A DNA stretch of 64,000 bases, taken from assembly GCA_964019425.1 (NCBI GenBank), contig OZ025790.1, forward strand, positions 992,001 to 1,056,000, read 5' to 3'. Of the stretch, positions 25,201-36,263 are shown piece after piece. The notes beneath the pieces were generated by a model. It did no database searches and was not told the origin of the DNA. It saw only the letters and a program-made list of their open reading frames with translations. The position numbers were made by a program, and so were the translations under genes. The stretch is from Flectonema sp. DT1601. Taxonomy: Eukaryota. The stretch's first letter is position 1. Each line of letters opens with the position of its first letter.

Positions 25201-28200
25201 ATGTTACTGATTGGAGGATTGCAAGTTTTAGCTGTGATTGATTTAGTTATAAGATTTAATGATAAGATAATGAAGGCGGAACACATTTAGAATTGTTTTG
25301 TTTGTTTTTGTTCTCTCAGTTTTATCTCAGATCAGACCCCGCAAAAAGAAAAAAAATGAAGGGGGGAAAAAAACAGAAAAATAACATACAACGACATCCA
25401 GTTGCGGTGAATTCCGCTCCAGGGATGAGACAAGCAATCGCTGGTGTTCCAGTAGAGTCGAATCCTCTTGCGCAAGCAATAGCCCCACATTCAGTAACAG
25501 TTGTACAAGTGATTGGTCCAGCAAAGGTAACCTGTGCAATCCCATCGGCACCTGGAGCGGTACAAACGTTTGGAACACATCCATTTCCGGTTAGGATTCC
25601 ACCGTCAGTGTTGCAAGAAACAGTTGGAACACCACCTCCATTATTAAATCCTGGTCCACAAGTAACGGCTCCACATGTTGTCACAGAAGTACAAGGGTTT
25701 GATGCAGTGAGGTAGTTCAATACACTAGCAGACATACAAACATTCTCAAGGCATCCAGTAGCAGTAAATAATCCACCATCAGCCAAACACAATAACTGCG
25801 CAACCGGATCTGGGTGGAATCCTGCGGAACACGCAACAGGGTTACAACGACTTACTGAAGTACAAGCAGTTCCTCCAGCAATAATGTATTCAGGAAACTG
25901 TCCTGCAGTGAGGGCCTGACACACGTTCTCTGTTGTTGGAGTTTTTTAGTTTTTTTTCAACTTATAAGACCGTAATTATATAAAGCAACTTGATACTGGC
26001 CAAAACCAAATTAAGGTTCGGTCAAATCTGGTTGACATGTAAAAAGACCAACAGTTAAACCCCCACATGTGCTGTTAGATATGGGGATTCGGAGACCACG
26101 TAATACAGGCTGAGTGCCCATGCCCTGTAGGTACGCCCGGAGGTAAAAAGAGTACTTATGAAGAACTAAAGTAACAGCAATTTGAATACAACTATAAATA
26201 CAGAGGGGAGTAATTCATACCCTGACAGCAATTTCCTTCGTTACAAATACCGCAGGATGGTACCGGTGACACTGCGTTGGTACCTGCAGGACAAACAATG
26301 TTACCGCAGGTTGTTGATAGACAACAAAGAGCAGTAGTACACGAAGTGATAGTGTTATCTCCACAGGCGGTACTTCCCTGGTTAGGGGCATCAATGAATC
26401 CAGCTTGCTGACATCCAGTGAAACCAGTGTTGTCACAGAGAGCAAGACAACAAGTAGCCTGGTCACATCCTGCAATTGGACATTCAATTGTTGATGGTGT
26501 TCCTCTCAACGAGAATCCAGTGGCTGGACAGGAGAATGCAGTGTTGTCACATGTTTCTGTGTTTGTTTTGTTTGGTTTGCTGATTACAACAAAAAAAAAA
26601 AAAAAAAAAAAAAAAAAATCGCTACAAGTCTGCACACTGACTTAGCCACTCTGTTAAACAATTAGTTAACAACAGTCAGTTTGGTGAAGAATAAATAAAA
26701 ATAAAACTCGCAACCAACTTCCTGTAGAGATTCCGAGCGCAACATCAACTACCATTCAAACACTTTACCAAACAACAAAAAGTACATACGACGACAGCAA
26801 ACTGCGGTAGTGCAGTCATTGGCAACATTACCAGAGGTACCCGGGCAGATAATGTTTTCAGGATTGTCAGCAAGCTTGAATCCAGGGTTGTTAAGACATT
26901 GAGTAAAGGAACTGTGTGCACAGGTAAGTTCACAGGTGTGAGTCCAGGCTCTGATAGTTCTATCGAAGTTAGTATTTCCTCCACCAGTAACACGGTATCC
27001 ACCATCACAGTTGCAGGTACCAGGTGGACTTGCGTTTGCTGGGCAGTCTGCTGCAATGCATCCAGGGTTGAAAGAAAATGGACCTCCATTGTTTTGACAC
27101 TGAATGACTGGTGTTCCAGTGTATCCATCAGCACATGTTACAGGCACGCATGCTGCGACAGTAGTGCACTGATCACCAGCCATTCCACCGTATACGTGGG
27201 CAGGGAAGCTGGTTCCTGGTGGAGTGCAGGTGTTCTCAACACAGCAGTCAGATTGCTGACAGGCAGGACATCCCATAGCGTTACATCCTCCAGTTCCAGT
27301 ACAGGCGGTGCCGGCTGGGTTTGCAACTAGGGATCCAACATTCTGATCACATCCTGCAAAGAAAGTGTTAGAACATTGACCGGTGCAAGTGTGAACCCAG
27401 GCGGTGGCAGTCGCATCCCAATCAGCAGTACCAGTAAATCCACTCATACATTGACAAGATGGTGGGTTCAGAGTGGCGTCAGTTGATGGCGTGGTCGAGT
27501 CCGCTGGACAGGCAGCGGCGTCACAACAGTCAACATCATTGCATCCATTCATAACGTCACAAACAGTTGTCATAACAGCTTTTGGAATGTAACCAGTTCC
27601 ACAGCTGTGAAGGGCACAAGTTCTCTGACAGGCAGGGTCCGTAGTCAGATTTGGTGGATCTCCCTGATTAGCAGTAGATGGGCAAGTCACTGTTCCCATA
27701 CCCACGGTGTATCCAGTGTCACATGTCAAGGTACAAGTGTTTCCAGTTACAGTTCCTAATGAACCACACCCTGGGGCAGCAGCGAGCTCACCAGGCTGGA
27801 GGGTGTATGAGGCGCAGGTGTTTTCTGTACACATGATGTTTTCCATTGGTGCTGCTCCGTCAGCAAGGTTGTTTGGACAATCAAGTTGACCAGCAACACC
27901 AGTGTAACCTGCAGCACATGCAAGTGTGCAACTTGGAAGGGTAGCTTGTCTGAGGATCTGTGGATTGACACATCCGTTGCTCGTTCCTCCAGTGATACCA
28001 ACACCGTAGTTGTATGCAGCGCAAACTTTTTCCGTGCAAGTAAGTGGGGTTGTGCTCTGTCTGGTGGTAGCGAAGTCACAAGTAACTACACCAGTAGCGT
28101 CATTGTAACCAGGAGCGCACTTCACGTTGCAAGTCACATCGTTGATGTTCAAAACATCATTTCCAACACATCCGTCGGTGTCACCAGAAACAATGCTAGC

Positions 28201-29274
28201 TGGGGCAGTTGGAAAGATGTAAGGATTGCATTCGATCAAAGTACAAGTTCCAGAGTAAGCGGTACCCGTGTAGGTAATAGCACCTGTGTAACCAGCATCA
28301 CAAACACAGTTTGTGAGAGTCACCTGAGTAGAGAATGGAGGACAGTCGACAGGGACGCAAGCAGTAATTGAGAGGTCCGGGACAACTCCTCCAGCAGTGT
28401 TGGTACACTCGAACCTACCAGTCTGCGCCTGGTAACCAGCACTCTGATCACACATAACATCACAAGCCGGGTCACTAATAACAGACAAAGTTACAGTGGT
28501 ACCACACTGGTCATTGTTCACTGGATCTCCAATGAGACCAGCAACTGGTGAAGCCATTACCAAGTCAACGTCAGTGCAAACGTTTTCTGTGCAAGTGTCA
28601 GTAATCATTGCAGTTCCACCAGGTGCTGCACAAGTAACTGATAAGGGTAAGTTCATACAAGTGTATCCAACGACTTGAGTTACTGAACAGGTTGGACTAA
28701 AAGGATCGACAGAGACTAATGGACCACTACAATCACTACCATCTGAACCAGGAGTTGTAGTAGTTACGAGTTGACCAACAACGTTACCGAGAGGACAATT
28801 TGGGTTACAGTTAACAGCTGGGGCAACAGCACCGGCATCACAAGTTGCTTCACAGTTAGCGACACTGCAACTTTCTCCTGTCGGGCAAGTGTATACTCCA
28901 GTCTCTCCGAATTTGTGTGTTGGTGAGATAGTAGCAGTACCAGTATTTGGAGTACAATCTAATGGAGTTAAGGTAGTTGTTGTGTAAGTGTAGGTTCCCA
29001 TATTACAAGTTGCAACAATAGTGTTACCATACGCAGTTCCCGCCATGTTTGAGAACGTGCAGGTGTCTCCTGAAACGGTCGTTCCCGAAGTCTGACAGTC
29101 AACAGCATTACCGGAACTCGCTACAACGTCAATGATACCACCTCCAAAAGCGTTACCGACAGTAAGTCCTGTAAACCGGTTCGTACCAGCGTTGATTACT
29201 ATCGTGTTAAACGCACAATTTTGGGCATTCACCAAGGACAGCACTGCTACCAGTGCAACCAACCTAAGCGACAT
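22265..29274 (-). CDS. Giant Cys-rich type-I membrane protein with a cytoplasmic Tudor/SH3-like tail (5 exons, ~2079 aa)
   Basis: Exons 29274-26790, 26556-26221, 25929-25390, 25231-25052 and 24963-22265. All four introns are GTATG...CAG and keep frame (6240 nt total). Signal peptide MSLRLVALVAVLSLVNA, C.C..GY and WTH.C repeats, Ig-like beta segments, and TM IPYWVWLLVALGVLLCCCLLIAAYCC. Confidence 0.85.
25979..26119 (+). repeat. Dispersed repeat family copy inside intron 2 of the giant membrane protein gene
   Basis: tataaagcaacttgatactggccaaaa...ccccacatgtgctgttagatatggggattc, within intron 25930-26220. Confidence 0.8.
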
Positions 29275-29480
29275 ATTTATGTTTTGTTCGGTTGGGTTGT
29301 TTTTGATCTGTAATAATAAAGTTACATAAAATATATTCAATTTCATCAGGTTTATCATTCAGTTCCGCCTGTAAATCCTTAATCTTCTCCTCCAAGTTCG
29401 CCTTTTCATCCTTCGCATAATTCATGACCCGAGCTTCCCTTGCCAACCGCATTTTCTGTTCGGGAAAAAATAGGTTTAAT

Positions 29481-30244
29481 CATAGATGGAAGTGCCCTCC
29501 AAATTTGGAGGGCGCCCGGTGAAAATCAGCCACAAAAATTTGTAGGGCCAAAATAGGGCCATTGTAGGGCCAAAATAGGGCGCTGGAGGGCGCATAGGGC
29601 GCTTTTTTAATTAAATTTAATATAATGCCGAGCTCCTTTTGACACGCCCCTGCCCTCAGCGAGGTCGAATCGCATCTCATTTGACTTTTCTCCGGTTCAC
29701 CCGATCAAATGCGTCTCTGGGATATCAGTTTACTTGCCACCAGTAAACTTCTTTTTTTTCTCACAAGGTACCGGCCTATTAACAGGTTAGCAGGAACGCA
29801 CTCTCCCTCCTCGAATCCCTCTATATTCGACTCGGTGCATTCTGCGGGCTAATCAGCTCCTTGTAAATCTGGGATGCATCGTCCACTGAAATGAGTTTCA
29901 GCTTCAGGGATTGCAGCAGGCTCCGGAAGCTCTCAAGGAGTGGCCCATTGTGTTTGCCATTGTTGACCGTCGAACCATGACCTGGAGGTCTCGGGTTCGA
30001 ACCCCGTGACACCCTTTTTTCTCTTTTTTCGAAAGACTGCCAAGCATGTCAAAAAAAAGAATTTTGGCTTCTGCGTCAAAATACTTGTGCGTTAGTGTAA
30101 GTCCCCGTCAATTTAGCTGTCTTAGTAATAAAAAAGGGGAAAAAAAGCGCCCTCCAAAAAAAAAAAATAATAATAATATTTATATTAAAAGTGCCCTACA
30201 AGCGCCCTACACGCCCTCCAAATTGTAGGGCACTTCCATCTATG
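29481..30244. mobile_element. Non-autonomous TIR DNA transposon (764 bp, CATAGATGG termini, 6-bp TSD)
   Basis: TIRs catagatggaagtgccctccaaatttggagggcg / cgccctccaaattgtagggcacttccatctatg. Flanking direct repeat TTTAAT at 29475-29480 and 30245-30250. Subterminal agggc/gccct motifs. Confidence 0.88.
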
Positions 30245-30269
30245 TTTAATAATAATAAAATAAATAAAA

Positions 30270-30590
30270 GGATAAACAACATCACGATTTGCGAATGTGA
30301 AGGGAGATCCAACAAATATATGAAATCTAAAGACCTACAAACTAATTGCTATCGCCGTTACTTAGGTGAATTACCACCAACAGGTTCTCATGAAACATAT
30401 GATTGTGGTATCTGTAGTGGAAAGTATAGTAAATACAATGAAGATAAACACAGACAAAGTGACAAACATCAAAACTGACCGAACAAGGTTGCTGATTGTC
30501 CCTGCGGTGGGAGAATTAAGATGCAAGATTCCCAACTACAGACTTAGATACGAATAGACACTGCAAATGGTTCAAAGAGTTAGGACGATG
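30270..30590 (+). pseudogene. Degenerate tandem zinc-finger coding fragment
   Basis: CECEG..., CGICSGKYSKYNEDKHRQSDKH and CPCGG...LDTNRH, separated by a stop and a frameshift. Confidence 0.5.
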
Positions 30591-31426
30591 AGGAATTAAA
30601 AATGAAAAATAATCAAAATGAGTTTGAGGGTATCACCTCATCTGTGTGAAGGAAGAATAAAGGTAAGGAGCAAGGAACAACAGGTAGCATCGGGAGTTGG
30701 GGGCAAAAAAGAGCAGCACTCTCGCGCGGCCATGCTTGAGGCCACGAGGCTCAGAGAATAGAAACAGGGATAATCCTGAAGACAGCTGTAGTGGTAGTGC
30801 CTCAAATAGCAGTGCCATAGATAGCAGCAGCGACATAGGGCAACATGCCCCATCCAAAAAGCCGTTCAAGGCACCACTTCAGAAGACCCAACCATACTCA
30901 CCAGCAGGGCATACAAGACTCTCTAGTACATGCAATATCAAGTGATGATGAGATTAGTTGAAGACTATCCTTTACACATACCTTAATGCGATCCATGTAC
31001 TCACCACGTTTGAACTTGAACAATATGAGCATCGTTGTCTCACTGTTGTTCTTAATGGCATCGAAGTCGGTTTGAATGACATATGGACTGGTGACTTTTG
31101 GCCACGGCCCTGTCAATCATGTTTTCCTTCTTTCGTCAAGTCATAACAAACAGAAGCGAGAGAGAGAAGATGTGTTTTGCTAACATCTTTCTTTTTCCAG
31201 GAAGTCTTACTGTGGGACTTCTCTTGTTGTAAAATTCCGTTCTGCCTGAGGGAATCCATAAACCGCGGTCTTTACACTGTTGCCAGTGTGTTTATGGCCT
31301 TCGTCGCTGCTGGAAGTCCCCTCACCGCTCTATGGCATCAACATGCCATAGAGCGGCAAGTGATTAATGGACCATAGCTGAGCCTTGGGAACTCAGATTG
31401 GGGTTTAGACTAAAAAAGTTATCGCC

Positions 31427-31828
31427 ATGGCTTTCTTGTATCCGGTTCTTGTTGATAAGTCATTTGCATTTTTGTTCGATGAAACACATGGTGATGACAT
31501 AATAGATAACAACTCAAATCAACGATAAACTTCCTGAATTTAAAACCTTCTCGATTCTTCTCAAGATAGAAGAAACAAATCTAAGACTATTTTTAAGTGC
31601 CTCCGGAAGAGGAGGGCTGTTTTTCAGACTAAGGAAAGACCACCCCATGAACCAGATCTTAAGTGTGATCTGGCTGGGGAGAATGGACTTAAAAACGTCC
31701 ATATTAGCGCAGGAAAGTGTAAAGAGCACTTATGGAATAGCCCTGTGTAGGGGAAATTATGGAGTACGGGTAGAGAACGCCTGTAGGGAACAGGTACGAA
31801 AAAGTATTGGGGTGAAGTCCCTAGGATA
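31427..31828 (+). pseudogene. Truncated, frameshifted coding remnant, possibly from a retroelement
   Basis: Protein-like stretch ...LFLSASGRGGLFFRLRKDHPMNQILSVIWLG...YGVRVE... cut off at a TA by a MITE end. The family assignment is only an impression. Confidence 0.35.
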
Positions 31829-31941
31829 CTGTAAAGGGAAATATTCTTGCGGGGAAATATTCCCGCGGGGAAATATTCTCGCGGATTTGGGGATTTTTTT
31901 TTTTAAGTAATTATTCAGTGCAGTAATATTTCCAGTTGCAG
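31829..31941. mobile_element. Short chimeric TA-site MITE
   Basis: ta|ctgtaaagggaaatatt ... aatatttccagttgcag|ta. The right end matches the MITEs at 33240 and 35934; the left end is diverged. Confidence 0.65.
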
Positions 31942-32496
31942 TAACATTGTTTATTCTTTTTTTTTTTTTTTTTTTTTATATTCTTTTTTATTTATTTTAA
32001 AAAAAATACAATCAGTTTAGCGTCCTGACCAGGACGGAAAATAGAAAGTGAACGACATAGTCGATCGATAAAAAGACAATGATAACATTGTTTATTCTTT
32101 TTTTTTTTTTTTTTTTTTATATTCTTTTTTATTTATTTTAAAAAAAATACAATCAGTTTAGCGTCCTGACCAGGACGGAAAATAGAAAGTGAACGACATA
32201 GTCGATCGATAAAAAGACAATGATAACATTGTTTATTCTTTTTTTTTTTTTTAATTCTTTTTTTTTTTTTTTAAAGAAAAAACAATCAGTTTAGCGTCTT
32301 GACCAGGACGGAAAATAGAAAGTAATCGACAAAGTCGATCGATAAAAAAAAACAATGATAACATTGTTTATTCTTTTTTTTTTTATATACCATAGATGGT
32401 ATATAAAAAAAAAAACAATCAGTTTAGCGTCTTGACCAGGACGGAAAATAGAAAGTGATCGACATAGTCGATCGATAAAAAAAACGATGATAACAT
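31942..32496 (+). repeat. ~110-bp dyad-rich satellite, block 1
   Basis: Unit aacaatcagtttagcgtcYtgaccaggacggaaaatagaaagtRatcgacatagtcgatcgat(A)n caatgataacattgtttattc(T)n. Confidence 0.95.
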
Positions 32497-32858
32497 TGAG
32501 GCGATCGGCAGGGTGGAGGTGTTCACGATTTTTCACTTTGCTACACGAAAATTCACGATTTTTCACGATTTTTCACGATTTTTCACTTAATTTTTTGCTG
32601 CTTTCTGGTAGTGAAATCCCGTGAAAATGTGTGAAAATGTGTGAAAATGTGTGAATTCTAGTGAAAAAAGTGAGTGATATCCAGATGGTACCGTTGGTGC
32701 TGGTGTGCTGTGCAATGTCAAACCTGTTCAGTTTGCCATACATGTCACTTTGACAACTAAATGGGCATCGCTTGTGCCCAGTGACCCATCACCCTTCCTG
32801 ACCATCGCTTGTGGTGAGGTTCCGGACTTTGGACCGGCGCATCGCGTGTGCGGTGGGT

Positions 32859-34480
32859 TTAATCACTGAGGGGCTCATTCTCGTTCAGACTGTTCTGTTC
32901 TGTAACAACCCGACCATGATCATTCAGCAAATATGAGATGTCAATTGTGGCTGCCTCTGACATGTCACGTGCATCCTCTGCCCAAAACTGGAGAAGTTGT
33001 CGCGGAGTGCGATGCTCCCGGGAGAATGAGATGAGACGTCTGAGCACACCATTCACAATACTATATTGTGCACACATGAACTCCATGATGTTGCCCATTT
33101 CCTCGTTACTGAGAGACATCAGGTAAGCATATGCCCGCCTGCGACGATGAGAGTACTTGATGAGGCGCTTGTTGCGCTGCAAGAATGTGAGAACCCACCT
33201 GAGGAATGGAATACCTCGAAGCGGGCATGATAACACATACTGCAACTGGAAATATTACTGCGCGGAAAAAACCGCACTAATTTCCAAATCTGCAAAAAGC
33301 CGCACTAATTTTTCCACGCAGTAATATTTCCCGCACTAATATTTCTGCTCAGAAGTGATTTTTTCTCCAGCTGCATTTTTCTGCTGGTGCCTTACACAGC
33401 AAAAAAGCAACCAAAAAATTTTCTACCACCAAGTGGAAAAAACCGCACTAATCTTTTCTCAAAAAAACCGCACTAATTTTTCCGCGCAGTAATATTTCCC
33501 CGCAGTAATTATTCAGCGCAGTAATATTTCCAGTTGCAGTAGCATGCAAATGCTAAGGTTCCGAAGTGCCCATTCGTAACCTTCTCTTTAAATGGGCACG
33601 CCCTAAAAGAGATGCGGTGCTTCTTGCGAAGCCAGTAAGCAAACGACCGATTCCCACGTATGAAGAAGCACAGCGTTACTATTGAACGGAGCAAGTCACT
33701 GAGGCCAAAGTACTTCGCAATCCAGGAGGCAATGCAATGAACTCGGTGTGTAGGCTCCGGGATGAGGCAGATATTGCCATCTTGGTCAAATAATTTAAAC
33801 CCCCTGTATTCTGATCCACCCCGATCACTGAGCGCAGAGGTAATCGTGCAAGTTGACAGAGGTGGTGGTGCCGGATCAGTGATTAAGATTCCGAGCTGCT
33901 GGAAGTGGTGCAGCGCACGTCGTAGTGTGTCACAGAATGATTGAGCTTGGTGGCTCTGTGTCAGTCTGCATGCAAGACTATAGCATGCAGTCGTAGCTGT
34001 AGCAGCAGTGATGTGTAGCGCTGACGAGTTTTCTGTCACAGATGTTGCGTCACTTACTAGGCAGAAGGTACTCTCCCGGTTGCGAATGAGAAACACACAA
34101 TCCTGCACATACAACCACCGGATCATCTCTCTTCGTGCAGCCCAATAACTGACGGAGTCAAGACCATGAAGCTGGCGGGTAAACTGCGGAATGCGGCGCA
34201 TGGCGATGTGCTGCAAGAGGATCGGGACAACTGTACTTGGTGGCTGTGGGCGGAGATGCAGGGTCCCAGCAACAGTGTATTGCGATACACCGTCAACCTC
34301 ATCGCACCAGATCAGCATGCCATCCGTGCCAGCAACACGAGCCTTAACCTCCAAGTCATCTTCAACTTCTAGTCCCATACCACCCAATACATCTAACAGC
34401 TTTGATCTGCTAGTCACATACAGCAAGATCTCTGCTGGCAAGGAATCGCGAAGTTGCACTGTTACTCTTACGAGAGCCAT
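32859..34480 (-). pseudogene. Transposase-like ORF (hAT/P/MULE-related DDE fold) split by a MITE
   Basis: FCLVSDATS and SALSDRGG (candidate first two catalytic Asp), then EPTHRVH at the C/DxxH position. Removing the MITE and one TA joins LAFAC-YVLSC into a 439-aa ORF. No third acidic residue was identified. Confidence 0.7.
33240..33539. mobile_element. 300-bp MITE, Tc1/mariner-type TA target
   Basis: TIRs ctgcaactggaaatattactgcgc / gcgcagtaatatttccagttgcag, TA on both sides, internal ccgcactaat repeats. Confidence 0.92.
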
Positions 34481-34914
34481 GTGAATGAATTACCACAATA
34501 AACTTTAGAGAACGATAGGATTAACAAGCACCACCACTTCAACGATCACCACACATGCCTATCAACCCACCTGTGCTAGAATAGTTCAGCAACCACATGA
34601 AACTGTAACAAGAGCTGGATTAAAGAGAAGTAGTATTAACAATAAACTGTAGAGAACGATAGGATTAACAAGCACCGATGACAACTACGAAGCAGTGCAG
34701 TTCAGGCCCCCCCTGAGTAGTTTTTTTTACCAAACCACAAATCTCAATATCAAAATTCACGAAAATTCACGATTATTCACGAAAATTCACGATTTTTCAC
34801 CATGCTTTTTGGAAGTGAATTTTCGTGAATTTTCGTGATAGGTAGTGACAACTCGTGACAAACCGTGAAGGATCGTGAAAATTCGTGAAACCTCCACCCC
34901 TGCCGATCGCCTCA

Positions 34915-35250
34915 AACATTGTTTATTCTTTTTTTTTTTTTTTTTTTCTTTTTATTTATTAAAAAAAACAATCAGTTTAGCGTCTTGACCAGGACGGAAA
35001 ATAGAAAGTAATCGACATAGTCGATCGATAAAAAAAAAACAATGATAACATTGTTTATTCTTTTTTTTTATTTTAAATTCTTTTTATTTATTTTTTAAAG
35101 AAAAAAAACGGAAAATAGAAATTAGTCGACAAAGTCGAACGATAAAAAAAAACAATGATAACATTGTTTATTCTTTTTTTTGTATTTTTTTATATTCTTT
35201 TTTATTAATTTTGAAAAAAAAACAATCAGTTTAGCGTCTTGACCAGGACG
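34915..35250 (+). repeat. ~110-bp satellite, continuation of block 1
   Basis: The same unit resumes in register after the transposon. Confidence 0.92.
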
Positions 35251-35933
35251 CAAGAACAAAAAAACTACTCACACCTGAAGAAAACATACACAAAGAACAC
35301 ACTGTAAGCTGTGTGTATATTTTGTGTTTGTCACAACAGGAGAGAAAAGAAAGAATGTCAAGGTTGGTCACCTTGCCTATCAACGCACAACATTGGTGGT
35401 CTCTACTAGACCCTGAGTGATCCCACTGGATCTCTCATCGTTCATAGTACCCTGTGTGAAGTTATAAAATCAAAGGTAAACTATGAACTACAAATGACTT
35501 AGCCTGTTATTATAATGCCACAGGCAGGCCCTGCATTCAGCAACTATCCAGCAGTGCTTGGAAGTCCTGATCTTCTTCTAAAAAAAAGAAAGAAAAACAA
35601 AACTGTAGCTGGGATCACTCAGGATCAACAGACTACCAATGCAACCTGTTGTACTTGCTCACTATGGGGGGTGATGCCAAACACCCAGAAGTACTAAACT
35701 GCTTTCCTTCTTGCTGCCCAGGTTTCTGACCAGAACTAATAGAAAATAAAAACAGATGGGAAACAATAAAAAGTAAAATGAATATAACTGAAGTTAAACA
35801 AGAATGTTGGTCCTAGACAAGACCTTAAACTGACTAACCGGTCTTAATTTTAACTAAGTGTTAACCTAGTTTCCTAGTTTCTAATATGAAATCTTTTTTC
35901 TTTTTTTTCTTTTTGAACAAAATGTAATTATTA

Positions 35934-36263
35934 CTGCAACTGGAAATATTACTGCGCGGAAAAAACCGCACTAATTTCCAAATCTGCAAAAAACCGCACT
36001 AATTTCCAAATCTGCAAAAAACCGCACTAATTTTTCCACGCAGTAATATTTCCACCACACTAATATTTCTGCTCAGAAGTGATTTTTTCTCCACCTGAAT
36101 TTTTCTGCTGGTGCCTTACACAGCAAAAAAGCAACCAAATTTTTTTCTACCACCAAGTGGAAAAAACCGCACAAATCTTTTCTCAAAAAAACCGCACTAA
36201 TTTTTCCGCGCAGTAATATTTCCCCGCAGTAATTATTCAGCACAGTAATATTTCCAGTTGCAG
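35934..36263. mobile_element. Second copy of the TA-site MITE
   Basis: Same TIRs and body as 33240-33539 with one extra internal repeat; TA on both sides. Confidence 0.92.

Larger units (their letters stand above)
32497..34914 (-). mobile_element. hAT-like DNA transposon inserted in the satellite (TG...CA ends, 5-bp TSD)
   Basis: TIRs tgaggcgatcggcagggtggagg / cctccacccctgccgatcgcctca. TSD AACAT, with the empty site gat-aacat-tgttt present in other satellite units. Dense ttcacga/gtgaaa subterminal repeats and an internal transposase-like ORF. Confidence 0.85.

Noticed and set aside
29264..29452. 62-aa coiled-coil-like ORF upstream of the giant gene
   Set aside because: It is short, overlaps the acceptor region and start of the downstream gene, and may be a relic. 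There is not enough support for a gene call.
32508..34902. Alternative element boundaries at internal CAGGG...CCCTG (canonical hAT ends)
   Set aside because: The flanks would be inverted rather than direct 8-bp repeats. The empty satellite site supports the outer TG...CA boundaries with an AACAT duplication.
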